Shown here: piece by piece, positions 1-12,432 of the stretch
How positions within the stretch are numbered: the first letter of the stretch is position 1
How the letters are laid out: each line of letters starts with the position of its first letter
Source: Zygophlyctis sp. KS116
Taxonomy: Eukaryota > Fungi > Chytridiomycota
Direction of reading: 5' to 3'
Assembly (NCBI GenBank): GCA_054661495.1
Contig: BAAFSQ010000036.1
Coordinates: forward strand, 1-32,000
DNA length: 32,000 nt
Notes under the pieces: generated by a model
What the model was told of the DNA's origin: nothing
What the model saw: the letters and a program-made list of their open reading frames with translations, nothing else
Database searches by the model: none
Translations under genes and position numbers: made by a program

Positions 1-553
1 ATCAGCAGATTCAGTCAGATTCAGTTATATATTCCACCAAATGCTATTAAATATCTACATTTAGAAATTAGAAATACTTGATTGCTGCTAAAAGTGCTAC
101 TTAAAGACAGTGAAACAGATCAATCTTGGAAGAGTATAGAGAAACCGACTTAATATCAAACAAACTCAAACAGTTTTATCGGACTAAGAAAGAAAAAGAT
201 CATCATGTCTACTACTTTAGCTCATGGATTATGAAAATGTCACTCTCAGAATATGATGATTATCTAGAATCCACATTTACTTGGTATACAGATAAATATT
301 AGTACTTTCAGATCTAAAGCTTGCATGGGACTTAACATAAAATACCGGCTAGAGAAATTACTTTTGGACCATCTCGCATTATCAAACAGATTTCATTTAA
401 TATTGGATTTCTAAAACTAGAACTGTAGAAATAGACACAAAAGATTAATACAGATGAATTAATACAGAGAGTAAACTAATAAAGAAAAATGAAGTTGATC
501 CATTTCGTAGTTTTATCACGAAATGTATCTTAAACATATTTGATGATCAATTA

Positions 554-2730
554 TTACTTATCAATAAAGCATTCGGCCATTTGTTTAAGATATATATCAG
601 GATCATCCATAATAAAACAAAGCAAATCTGAAACACAATCCATCTGTTCAGTAAAATGATTGTTTTCCTTTGAAAAGAGCCAAAAGCGTGTTAGACTACC
701 TAAAAAGAAGGCATGCAAAGACTTTGGTGAGTGTGAATTCACAGTGATGTAGCTTTCGAGGAATATAACATGCAAAAGCTTCAGAGATTTTGATATCAGC
801 TTACGACTACTATGAATTGTAATACCGCATATAACTTGATGAAAAAATAGAACCAAGTTCTCTAAAATCTGGCTTAAGAATACAAAATCTAGACTTACCT
901 TCTCATGTTGCAAAAATACCATTGCACATTTATATTCATGAGCCAGCAATAACAAGAAAGAAAGACACGACAAAAGCATCTTATAGCTAAATATTTTGTA
1001 AAACTTACCAATAGGTCATTAGATTTCAGAAGTAGTCGTGAGATTGTTTCAATCAGCTTAAAAAAGTTGTCTGAATTTTCCGAGACTTTCCTAAATAAAT
1101 TTTTATCCATTACGATATTCGACAAAGTATTGATTTGAAGAAAAGCCAATTGAAGACAATTGAAATTAAGAAAATATAAAAGATTATCGTAATTTAAAAG
1201 AAAATTCATCCTAAAATCAGTTAAAAATACTGTTACTTTTCTAGGCAAGATTGCCCATGATGAATAGCACAAGAAGATATAGTATACAATAATGAAAAAA
1301 TGTCGCTTATAAGATTTGTAGACACCCATGAGCTTGTCGATCTATAATTAGAGCAAAGTAAATAAAATGAAGATTCCAATTCCTTCCAAAACCAGTCTAA
1401 TTTAGAGCTTTCAAATATTAATGTCGTCAAACCACTATCCCATTTAATCAATGCTTCCAAAAAAATGAAAATCATCGACAATCGAATAGCCTTTTATGTT
1501 AGATTAATAATAATATCTTTACAAGCTTTTCTTTTACAGAGCAAGGAATAAATTCTAAAAGTTTTCGACTTAACATCAGAAAATCATTGGAATTTCTATA
1601 ATCCATCAAAAGCGAATTTAGATCATTAATTTGTTCAGCATTTCCTATCATTAATAATATTATTATATTACGTCTAAATTCTAGATGCATGAGATGGCGC
1701 CAATCCGGCCCCAATCTTTCTAGCATATTTGTCCATATCTTCAGATAAGTAAAACATACTTACATGAGAGAAAAAGGGCGTGCGGGGTTTTATATTTGCG
1801 TCCGAAATCAGATTATTTAATAAGAAAGTAGAAGTTTCCATTGTATTTGTTAAAACTCCAACATCCACAAATCTCTTTGAAGTAAACTTTGATGTAACAT
1901 CATTTGAGGCATGAAACTGTGAAATGTCTTTTTTATGAACCGATTTTAATTGGCCATTTGAAGACTGATTAGTAGGAGAATTCAATGTCTTTTGTACCTT
2001 TAAAGCATTTTTCAACTCCTGCTCCTATATAATTAATCCTAAATTGAATTAAACCTTGAAAATCAATTTAGTTTGATAAACTTCCAATTGCTTTTGATAA
2101 TTCATTTCAATCTTTTTCTTTTCAGAGTCGACACTCAATGATTGAGTAATAAAACTCGATTTTAACTCTGCATTTTCTGATTGAACCTTTGATAAATTCC
2201 TTCTAATAATTGAAATTTCTCCTGTTTTTGTGTAAATGACTCCCTGAAGATCCATTTTTTCCTTTATTAAAGTTTGATTTTCTTTTTTGAGCTATTCATT
2301 AGTATTCCAAATTTGTTGCTGATTATGGCAGTAGAAATCGGACAGATAGCGCGAAATTATAACCAATTACCTTTTCAAAGTCATCCTTGTAGCGATCATT
2401 TGAATCATATGATCCAGATAAACAAGGAAGATGTCTAGAAGGATCAGAAGTTTGAGATGATAATTCCATAATTTGCGTTTGCTTTAAAAATTCAGTTTCC
2501 TGAACTTGTAATTCCTGAAAGGCGGCATCATCCAGAAATTCATCACTAAATTGATCATAATCTGGAATTGGGGGATTTGGAAATATTTCAGTTTGTCGAA
2601 TTACAGCGGGTTCTAAATCCACCAAATGAGCAATTAGCGCCTCATCCGCTTCATTCCCCTGAAATAAAAAATCATCGTCTTTCCTCTTTTTAGCAGACTT
2701 AGAAAACTCATTCTCTACAAATCGTTTCAT
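554..2730 (-). CDS. ATRIP/Rad26/Ddc2-like checkpoint protein (multi-exon)
   Basis: ATG at 2730 (MKRFVENEF). Acidic DEFLDDAAFQEL motif, then a coiled coil KTGEISIIRRNL...LIFK|EQELK resembling ATRIP KNGEIKILR...LQFKDAE, then a helical C-terminus. Introns at 2292-2370 (79 nt), 2025-2054 (30), 1739-1763 (25), about 1491-1522 (32), 1211-1236 (26) and about 980-1008 (29) join the track ORFs in frame. The exact 3' end is uncertain. Confidence 0.65.
2349..2356 (-). promoter_or_regulatory. E2F/SBF-type motif TTTCGCGC inside ATRIP-like intron 1
   Basis: Plus strand GCGCGAAA at 2349-2356 matches E2F TTTSSCGC and SCB CRCGAAA. Function is inferred only. Confidence 0.35.
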
Positions 2731-2741
2731 AAGATTTCTTG

Positions 2742-3523
2742 TTAAAACGGCCGGTTGCACAACGTCAACTTTTTAGGGTCAACTTTATCGTGCCAAATCA
2801 CTGGAGCCTCCAACTCATTTGGCATTATTTCTGGCCATAAACTTTTAATACTAGAGATGATCCCTTCACTAATCTTCATATTTCCTTTCACATCCAAATG
2901 AAGACCATCATTCAAAAAATCTCTAGTATTTTCTGGTGTACACTCTTTATCTCCTAAAAATAATTTCCAGGTATCTAAAACTGCCACATTTTTTTCTTCT
3001 CCTACTTGCAAACATGCAAGTTTATATAATTTTGTATTAGACACTGATCGGTTTGGAATACACGCACCTTTTTCCTCACACAATCTTTCTGGATCAACTG
3101 GAGGTGGTGTTAACAATAATATTCTAAAATTTATAATAAAATCTAAATATACCTCGTATTAACATCATTTTCCTGAATCATGTCAATCATTGAACATAAA
3201 TTCTTTTCATAATCTTGTAAAGACACATATTGTCTATTACCTTGAAAGACAGAATCATTTGCTCCCAAGAATATAGTAATCAATTTAATTGATGGTTTAT
3301 ATCCAGATTGAGCACAAGGTAAAGTAGTTTTTAAAACATGAGGCAATAGCTCTGCGCACCAAGTCGTATTATAACCAGAGAAACCTCTATTCACAACATC
3401 CAATTTCCTTACATAGATATGAGAGAGACTTGCTCCGAATCCATTTAAAATTGGATCAAATGAATACTGAGTAATAGAATCACCAAATAATAATATTTGA
3501 TCCAATTGTATCGGTTGAATCAT
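2742..3523 (-). CDS. IAH1: SGNH/GDSL esterase, isoamyl acetate-hydrolysing esterase (IAH1) family
   Basis: Motifs LFGDSITQ, NRGFSGYNT, GAND and DGLH. One 29-nt intron at 3124-3152. Confidence 0.9.
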
Positions 3524-3537
3524 TTAACCCCCTGAAA

Positions 3538-4736
3538 ATGATTAAAAGAATCTCTACTTCTCAATGCAAACTTCCGCTTTTGAAGCCAATCAGAAATTCA
3601 GTTGCATTGGGGGCATGCCATTCTTTAATGCTATCTCCCAATCAAAAATCCAATACTCCAATACTGTTTGCGATGGGATCAAATGGTACTCTTTAATGAA
3701 TAATTGTAGATTTTGGACAATGTGGTTTCTCTCCAAATTCAAATTCTGGAATCTTTGATGAAGACGATTTAGAGATTTTAAATGATTGGACTGTAATGAT
3801 GGATGGGTTGGAAGATGATTGCATTCAAGCGATTCAATGCGGCGATTTTCATTCAGTTGCACTCACTAAATCTGGACAAGTTAGAACTTGGGGATCTGGG
3901 ATTCTTGGGCATGGGAATGAATGGTATGATTCTAGACCGCACACAATATGTTTTTTTGAATCAATTAAAAGACATGTTTATCAGTAAGGATTTCTAATTT
4001 AAATTCTAGTATATCAGCAAGATCATCAACAAGTGCTTGTTTAGCGAGTTCAAAAGATGGATCTGTAGAAGCTTATGTATGGGGATATTTAAGAGATGAA
4101 AATGGGAAATTAATAAAGGCTTTAGTTCCATCATTGGTAAAGTGTGCATTAGATTTAGATCAAATCACAAATATAATCTGTGGATATAATGGAGCGTTTT
4201 CTATAATTGGGAAAAAGAATGGTAAATCAATTCTACAAATCTATAATGCATTTATTTCTCCTTGCTATACTAGGCCTTATGCGCCATTATGTGAATCAGT
4301 TACAGTAATTGATCAAATATTTAGGAATAAACCCACAATAGAGATTACACTAGAGAATGAAGTTCAGGATTTTTCAATGGGATGGGATGCAGCATTGATT
4401 TTAGAGAATAATGCAGCGAAAATATTAGATTATCAATCAAAACAGATTTATCAACTAAGCGAACAAGGAATTCAAAATGGCGTTTTAGGACCAAATTCTA
4501 TAATATTGTCATCATTAAATTCACTGTATACGTTTGGTGTAAAGGAATCAACAAAGTCAAAAGATGTATCATTTATAGACTTTTTAAAATCTACATTTAC
4601 TAAATCAGTGTCAAAACCTTCAAAATCTAAATCTATACTGGACTTATCAATCCAAAAACCAACTATTTTGGAAATTTCAAAATCTCCAGAATTACTATTG
4701 GCATCTCACAATGATATTCTTATTGTTGAAATCTAA
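3538..4736 (+). CDS. RCC1/BLIP-II repeat protein, possibly mitochondrial
   Basis: ATG 3538. Introns 3686-3709 (24 nt) and 3984-4009 (26 nt) give VALGACHSL...MGSN|DFGQCG and IQCGDFHSVALTKSGQVRTWG, typical RCC1 repeats. Basic N-terminus. Confidence 0.75.
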
Positions 4737-4738
4737 GA

Positions 4739-5769
4739 TTATACCATTGTAGACAATTTCCCTTTTAAATTTCCAATTTCCTTGACAAATCGTGATGTAT
4801 CCTTTATCTTGTTTATATATTTAAATGCCAGTTCCTTATTCACATACTTTATTCCATCAGGGTCAGCTGTACCATTTGTATACAAGGATGCCAAATTCAT
4901 ACAAGCTAAATCTACACCATTTTCAGCTGCTAGTTTCCAATATTCAATAGCCATATATTCATTTTTGACTAATTTACCATTAATAGGTAATCCAGTTAAA
5001 TGCAAAACTCCCAAATTATATTGAGCAATTCCAAGTCCTTTTCTAGCTGCTTCATCATAATACTTTGCAGCATTTTCTAAATCTGGAACCCCATTATTAT
5101 CATGATGACCTTGATGATACAATGAACCCAAATAAAAAGTAGCCTCTAATTTTTTTAATTTATGCGCTTTATATATCCATTCAAACGCCTTTAAAAAATC
5201 CTTTCCTTGCCGATAAATTAAACCAATTTGTAAGCAAGCATCTGCATCCCCTTTTTCCGCCGCCATTTGAATCAATTTCAATCCTTCTTCCTGATTCTGT
5301 TTAGACAAGTATTTTTTTCCTATTATATACATTGCCTTTGGATGTGATTTTTTCGCCAAAGATTCCATTAATTCCCAACCTCCAATTTTAGAGTCTTGAA
5401 TTTCACCAAATATATTATATAAAAAAAACTTACCCCTGATCATACCATGAGCATAATAATATAATGCATTTACATCTTGAGATTCCTTTACTAAATTAAA
5501 CAAGATCCGAGCCTTTTCTTCCCCATCTTTTGTATTATTTAAATAAAATTACCTTTATGCCGATGCATTAATATCCCAATCTTTAACAATTCTTTGAGAT
5601 CTGGAACAATCTTTTGTAATTTTCTATTTTCAACTTTATCTAATGCATTTGCCAAGAGAAGGATTCTGAATGGAGACACAGTTAAATATCTTTTCCTATA
5701 CAGCGACTGAAGAATGCTAAAAGACGGTAGATAAGAAATCTTCCAAAAGAGCCAATGAAAGCTCTTCAT
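4739..5769 (-). CDS. Sel1-like repeat (TPR-like) protein
   Basis: Repeated AAEKGDADA / AARKGLGIAQYNLG / AAENGVDLACMNLA motifs. A 26-nt intron at 5527-5552 joins the upstream exon starting MKSFHW (ATG 5769). Confidence 0.8.
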
Positions 5770-5803
5770 AAGTCTGTGGCGTTTTTCTAATTTAGCGGAA
5801 AGA

Positions 5804-6264
5804 ATGATTTCAAACTCTTGCCTATTTGTAAAGACTCTCTCTGCCAATGCACAACTCCCCACTAGAGGTTCTGTCGGAGCAGCAGGATATGATTTATATG
5901 CGTAATTTATACTAGTAATAATAGTGCACATTCTACTGTAATTCCTGCGCATGGAAAAGCAATTGTACCGACTGATATTTCCATTGCAGTTCCATATGGT
6001 ATGTATGGTCGTGTGGCACCTCGTTCAGGATTAACAGTCAAACACTTTTTAGATGTCGGAGCAGGAGTTATAGACTCTGATTATCGGGGACCGGTCGGTG
6101 TTGTAATGTTCAACTTTTCGGACATGGATTTTAATGTGTCTCAAGGAGATCGTATTGCTCAATTAATAATTGAAAAGATTGCAATGTTGGATGTAGTCAA
6201 AGTAGAAGATTTGGATGATACTAGTCGTGGAGCTGGTGGTTTTGGATCAACAGGATCAAATTAA
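5804..6264 (+). CDS. DUT1: dUTP pyrophosphatase
   Basis: ATG 5804. A 23-nt intron at 5902-5924 restores GAAGYDLYA|AHSTVIP. Motifs [23 protein letters not shown] and [10 protein letters not shown] are present. Confidence 0.97.
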
Positions 6265-6280
6265 AAGATTTCTAAAAGAT

Positions 6281-6511
6281 TTAATAAAATTTGGATTCCA
6301 AGTCTATAACTCTGAGCATGATTTTTCTAATTTCAATTTCTTTTAATGCAACGTTAAGATTGATTTCTGTAGATTGATTTAATAATTCAATATTTTCAGT
6401 TATAGTGTTCATGTATGAATCCTTGTAGTTTTTTCTAGGTAATATAATAGATTTATCAAGATCAATAATTGGTGATTGTGGAGGAGTAGTTAATTTATGA
6501 TTTAAATTCAT
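6281..6511 (-). CDS. small hypothetical protein (76 aa)
   Basis: Intact ATG-to-TAA ORF that fills the gap between dUTPase and AIM24. Has TPPQSP and a C-terminal amphipathic/coiled-coil segment. No family recognised. Confidence 0.45.
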   Translation of the reverse strand: MNLNHKLTTPPQSPIIDLDKSIILPRKNYKDSYMNTITENIELLNQSTEINLNVALKEIEIRKIMLRVIDLESKFY

Positions 6512-6516
6512 TTTTT

Positions 6517-7350
6517 TTAAAACTTTAACAAGCGATTTAGAGCTCTATTAGGCTGTTGAGTAGCCATTATATATTTTCCTGGGCCTTTAAGAGTATAGAA
6601 TTCAACCCGACTTCCCAAAACTGAATTCAAAACATATAATATTGAATTTCGAAGTATTGAAAAGATCAATAATCCGGTTTTTTTGAGATAATTTATAGAT
6701 TTTGAATCTGTTTTTGATTCTATTAATATTTTTGGAGGAGTATATTCGACTTTTATGGGTAATGGATTTAGACACGATTCCCATGCTACTAAATTTCTAG
6801 GATTGATTAAAACTGACTCTGAACTCTGTAATTCTAAATGTTGTAAACCAGAAGAAGAAGAGAATGCAATTATACCTTTTCCTTTTACTAAATAGTTGAA
6901 ATAACCATTAATTCCCTATAATAAATTTACAATAGAAATTACCAATCCCAATCCTTTTGCTTTTGAAGATAATGTGATAGAGGATGTACAAGCAAGGAAA
7001 GAGTCTTTTGAGATGTAATATTCAGAGATTCCATTTGTTGTAATCAATGCAGTTGTACCAAATGATTTTGGCGCAACAATTACTTTTTCCGTTTTAGAGC
7101 TTGAATTAACCAGATTATCAAATATAAATGGACCGCCACTAGACAGTCTAGACATTGCAACTAAAATCCCACCGTCAGTGTCCGGAGAGGAAATAATTTT
7201 TAAAGACATTGACAAAACAGAGTCTTTTTGGACAATTATATTCTGTCCTGGTTGAAGAGTAATATGCAATGCACCACCAAGGCCTTTAGCAATTTCAAAT
7301 TCTGGGAGAGGACTGGACATTACAGTTAAAAATCGTCGCATCATTTGCAT
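6517..7350 (-). CDS. AIM24: AIM24 family mitochondrial protein
   Basis: LHITLQPGQNIIVQKDSVLSM. A 27-nt intron at 6916-6942 continues into GINGYFNYLVKGKGIIAF...NPRNLVAWE...LKGPGK, with the stop at 6517. The second exon is missed by the ORF track. Confidence 0.8.
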
Positions 7351-7383
7351 TAGGGCAATTCTTTATATTCAAATTCCTTAATA

Positions 7384-9422
7384 CTAAACTTGTTTGTCTG
7401 CCAACAATGTTTTTAGCTCATTCAGTCTCTTTTCTACTTTAGGAACTTCAACAAGTTTTTGTTCAATTGAATTTTTCTCTTCCTGAAGAGCTAATCGTTT
7501 CTTGGCGTCCAATTTTGTAAATATGTATCCACCCTGTCCATCAAATTGTAATATCCAATTGTGATAAGCCCAAAGAGATGGACGATGAGATACTGTAAGT
7601 AATGAAATTCCTAAAAGCTGAGAATGCGTATACATAATTTTTTCTATATCCATTCCAACTGATGAGGTACATTCATCCAAGATGGCATACATGGGACGAT
7701 GATAAAATAATCGAGCCATGGCGATTCTCTGTTTATCTCCGCCAGCAAGTACATCTTTCCAGTCTTTTTCTGAATCAAATCCTCCTTCTTTAGCTACAAG
7801 TGAATCAATTTGGACAATGGCCATAATTTTCAATAAATCTTGGTCAGAAACTCCTTTTGTCTTCATGTCATTAGGTGTATCAGGATATATAATCTGATCA
7901 CGAAGTGTACCAATTGATAGATAAGGTCGCTGAGGTATATAAAAGATTTTCTTGGAATTTGGTTTAGAAATAGTTCCTCCATACACTGGCCAAAGTCCAC
8001 CCAAAATTCTAAAAAGTGATGATTTTCCACATCCATTAGGTCCAACAATTAGTAAATGATATCCTGGTTCAATTACAAAATTTAATTTTTCAACCAAAAC
8101 ATCTCCATTTGGAGACACAATTGGAACGTCTTTAAATTCAATCACTGCAGACTCTTTTATAATACCCCTACCATTCAAAAGTTCTGAATTTGCATTAGAG
8201 ACTAATCTTTTACTATACTTGTTTTGAGAAATATCTTCAAAAACATCAAGTAATTGAGACACACGTGTCGTATACCCTGCCAACTCTGACAAATCCTTGT
8301 AAGAGTACATTATACGACCTATTGCATCTGATGACCCCATTAAAAGTCTCCTATTAACAATAAAAGCTTGAGTACGACCCCCAGCATCCTTATTTAAATC
8401 TCTTGATTCTACAGAAATTCCTTCAACTTCATAAAACACTGGATAAGCACAAATCATTAATCCAACAGCAGACCAAACGTATTTTATAAGAAAATCTTCC
8501 ATCATTCCATGCCAAATTTTTTCTTTTAAGATAACATTTATATGTTTTATAAGTGTCATATAACTTGAAGACACAATACTTTTTTCTATTTCCCCACCTG
8601 AAAATAAAGCAATTTCTTCTGCATTTTCAATAAGTCTTGAATGAGTAAATCTAAATTCTCCTTCTAATTTTTGTTCTTCTGCCACTAATTTCCCAAAAGG
8701 AGGAGTTATTGCACGTAAAGCAGCACCAGACAAATAAACTACAGTCTAATATTAAAAAAATCTTGTATAAACATACAAATAAAGATCCAACACCATTTAC
8801 ACCTAAATTATTTGCCAATTTCCAGTTATACAAAACCATATCTAAAACTGGTTTTGTTAAATTTGAATATAATTCTGCAGTTGCATGACAGAACCTATCA
8901 ACATCTCTTGAAATACATTGATCAGCATTTTTAATTCGATCATCTAAATTCCCAACTTTATAAAAAGTCATTCCAGTTAAATAATCTGAATGTAACTTTT
9001 CCGTTAATCTAGTTCTAAAAGCGATGGCAAGTTTATTCTGTAAATAAGTCAACATTGAATTTGTATAAGTCGCTGGAATCGCTATCCCCATCCATTTACC
9101 AATATTAACGAGAAATTCCTGTTTCTTTCCTCGTACCTTGTAATTACTAGACTTTAATTACCAGACTTGACACAATTTTTCCGTCCAACTCTGCAACCAT
9201 CAAACTAAGAAAAGTCCTTAAAAATAGAAACCCAGAGAATAAATTCAAGAGCATAAACTCTTTAGTAGAGACTGACGGTATAATAATCTTTAAAATTCTT
9301 AAAAATCTCTTTAAAAAGACAATATTAACTTCGGACTTGTTTGATTTCTTTTTAGAAAGAGACGCTAACAAAACCATCAATAGTCCGATTTTCCATTTCT
9401 GTTTATAAATGACTTGTATCAT
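7384..9422 (-). CDS. peroxisomal ABCD half-transporter (Pxa2/PMP70-like)
   Basis: [14 protein letters not shown]-like [19 protein letters not shown], Walker [10 protein letters not shown], Walker B AILDECTS, and VSHR. Introns 9137-9161 (25 nt) and 8746-8776 (31 nt). Probable ATG at 9422. Confidence 0.92.
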
Positions 9423-9459
9423 CAATGGCCCTTGAAACGTCAAATTTATTTTTAGAAAA

Positions 9460-12382
9460 ATGTCTATTAATTCAACTTCTCCAACTTGGGAATCAGACAA
9501 GATGCTAAATGTTTACATTTATGATTACTGCATTAAGAGGAATTTTAAGGACGCCGCTAGAGCATTCTTTGTAGAAGCAAAGGTGCCACAAGATCAGCAA
9601 GTTCCGATCAATGCAAGGGATGGTTTCTTGTATGAATGGTGGACTGTGTTTTGGGATATATTTAGTGCAAGAGCTAATAGAAGTGGATCTCAGGATGCTT
9701 TAGCTTATGTTGACATTCAACATGATAAGGTATTTAATTCAAATTCATTCATAGAGTCAACAATTTGCTCAATGGAGAAAAATGCAAATGATGATGAGTC
9801 AAAATAATAGTTTTCCACAGGCTCAAGGTGTTGTTAATCCTCATGCAACTATTGTTCCAGAAGTACAAAGTCCAGCTGGAAATTTTACAATGGATTTAGG
9901 TATTTTGGGATTTTTAAAATAAAAGAAGCAGGACGATTTCCTAATGGTAATCAAGGGAGTATGAATACTGCTACTGCTAGTCAAATTTTGGGTTTTTGCT
10001 CTTCAATGTTTTTAGCACAATTAGGTCATAAAACTATTGATCAAATTACAGAATTAGAAAGGATTTCAGTTTTGGCAGATATGAAAAATAGGAGAGTTTT
10101 TGGTTATCCTGAATTAAATGATCCAGCAATTAGAGCTCAATTTATGAATTCAAGATGTTACTTGTCCCTGACGCAAAAAATTCATGCGTTTTCTAATCAG
10201 CAAGGGTTTGTTATGCCTCAGGTTTCAAATGGATTAATAAGACCAATGGCTGTAAGATATTATCGAAATTTATATTACAGGAGTCTATTTCTACAGAAGG
10301 TGATTCGAACGGAAATAAGAGAGTGAGAACAATGGATTCTCCAATGATTGCTCAAGCAAGTAAGTTGGAATTTTAGATAATTTTAAGCTATTCCAAGGGA
10401 TAGTCCATTAATTCCACATGCTATTCCTACTTCACGGTCTGCTTCTAATGGAGCTACTCCAGTGTCTCCTAGTACTCCTTGGGCATTGCCTGGTTTTTCA
10501 AATTTACCCGTTCATCAAGTAAAATTACTCTAGTTAAAATATAGCAACAGCAAATTTTAACACGACACCAGATTTTGGAAAGAAATCGACAGGCTCTGTA
10601 TAGTGGAAATCAGATTGTTAACCCTGTAAATGTGCAGGAAAATCAAGATGCAATTAGGGACTTTCATGCCAAAAATTTGATGAAACAAGTAATTTAAAAC
10701 GCTTTTATTATTTAGCAACATCAATTATTTATGCAGCAACAATTGTCAAATGCTACGATTGCATCGAAATCTTCTCCTAGGAAAAAGTCTTCAAATAGTT
10801 CTCCAATGATTTCCCGTCAGCCTGTAATGAAGCAGGAAGTTAGTACGCCTGGTGGTTCTAGTGAATATAACCCTAATATTGAGCCATCTGAAATGTCAAA
10901 TGCATCACTGGAAGAAATTGCAAAGTTTTGGGCTATGGCATCCAATACTCAAAATCTGTCAGAATGGGCGGCTCAAGAGCAATCTGAAGATTTAACTTCG
11001 ATGATAGAAGGGGATATTTTTGATATAAAAGGTACTGGGGAGTCAGTGGGAGCGATTGGAGATACTAAAGAATTAAGTTCAATCAATAATGTTTCTGACA
11101 CATCGCAGATAAATAATAAGTCTAGTGATTCTAATTCTTCAATCTTGGAGCCTGTCGGCCATCTTGGAGGACATAATAATAAAGTCACTGCCTGTGCATT
11201 GGACTCAAATTCCCTTCTACTAGCATCTGCTGGGAATGATCGTAAGCTAATTTTGTGGGATGTGTCTCAGACAAATGCATTAGTAGTTCCCCAAGTACAT
11301 AAGGAAGAGAAACATTTTAGTAAAAACATTTGTTCTGCTCGGTTTTTGAAAGTTACTGGATTTTTTAATTCAAATGCAACAGACTCTTTTCTTTTGTCGG
11401 AAAATGTTCCAGTTTTATTGGCTACCTGTGGATATGATAAATGTGTGACGATTACCAACATTATATGTGAGAAATCGCCGTCGGGCTCACTAAAAGTCTC
11501 ATCTACCTCAAAGGCCACTACTTTTTCAGGGCATCAACGATCAGTCACCAGTGTAGACTTTTGTCCTTATGCATTTTTTTCTTCTAATAATATTTGTGGA
11601 ATGGACTTTTTTGTCGGAAGCTTAGACGTGGAAGGGGATCTGATCATTTGGGATACATGGACTGGAAAGGAATATCTGAATACTAAATTAGTATGAAACT
11701 TTAATAATTAACACCATAGCCGTTTTTAGGAAAATCATATGACGCTTCTTCAAATCCTTTAAGATTTAAACCAATGGATGGTGAAAGAAGTGATAAGTTT
11801 GATTTGGCAGCAGCATTTGGTAAATCCATCTATTACATTTCTGTCTCTGTAATCTTGGAACCTGAAATCACCTTACAAGAAAATATCATTCCAATGTCAA
11901 CTCCCCACTCTAAAAATATTACAAATTTAGATTGGTCAAAAGATGGGCATTGGCTTGTAACTTCTTCAGAAGATATGGCTGTCGTTTGGGACGCTCAAGC
12001 ATTATCCAGGTCAATATCTGGTAATGTTGAATCATTTCCTTTGGTTGAAGTATGTCAAATACCTGCACAAAGCTGCAAGATATCATTTTGCACATTCTTA
12101 GAGCCACAAACCCCATCAGGAAATGATGTTAATCCAAACCTAGAAGAATTACCTTTTCTAATTTTTGGTGAATACCAATCTATGCATATTTGGAAAATTG
12201 TTAAATCCTCTGGAAATTCAATTCCTCCTCATCGGATAGCTTCAATACCTAATTGTCTAAATGGAGTTGTGAGCTGCATTGACACCTGCTACGATGAATC
12301 TTTTGAAACCCCCACATTATTAGTTGCCAGCTCAAGCGGAGGTGTGAAGAATAACCTCAAAATTTGGAAATTTTCTGTTTAA
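9460..12382 (+). CDS. LisH/LUFS - Q/S-rich - WD40 transcriptional co-regulator (LEUNIG-like architecture)
   Basis: LUFS domain WESDKMLNVYIYDY...GFLYEWWTVFWDIFSAR. Seven introns (9730-9754, 9900-9925/9928, 10252-10280, 10360-10387, 10519-10544, 10689-10715, 11691-11719) link it in frame to WD40 repeats (GHNNKVT...LASAGNDRKLILWD; GHQRSVTSVDF). Confidence 0.85.
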
Positions 12383-12432
12383 ACGAATAAATATTAGTAC
12401 TATTGAGTTCATGATTCAGTCTAGGGCGGGCA

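Noticed and set aside
1-553. Start-less plus-strand ORF fragments (e.g. ...LEEYRETDLISNKLKQFYRTKK...SWIMKMSL) and a short CAGATTCAGT duplication at the window start
   Set aside because: I could not build a stop-free spliced model or recognise a family. It may be decayed sequence, but nothing is supportable.
5770-5803. E2F-like GCGGAAA in the dUTPase/Sel1 spacer
   Set aside because: One base short of the TTTSSCGC consensus; plausible for dUTPase but not supportable alone.
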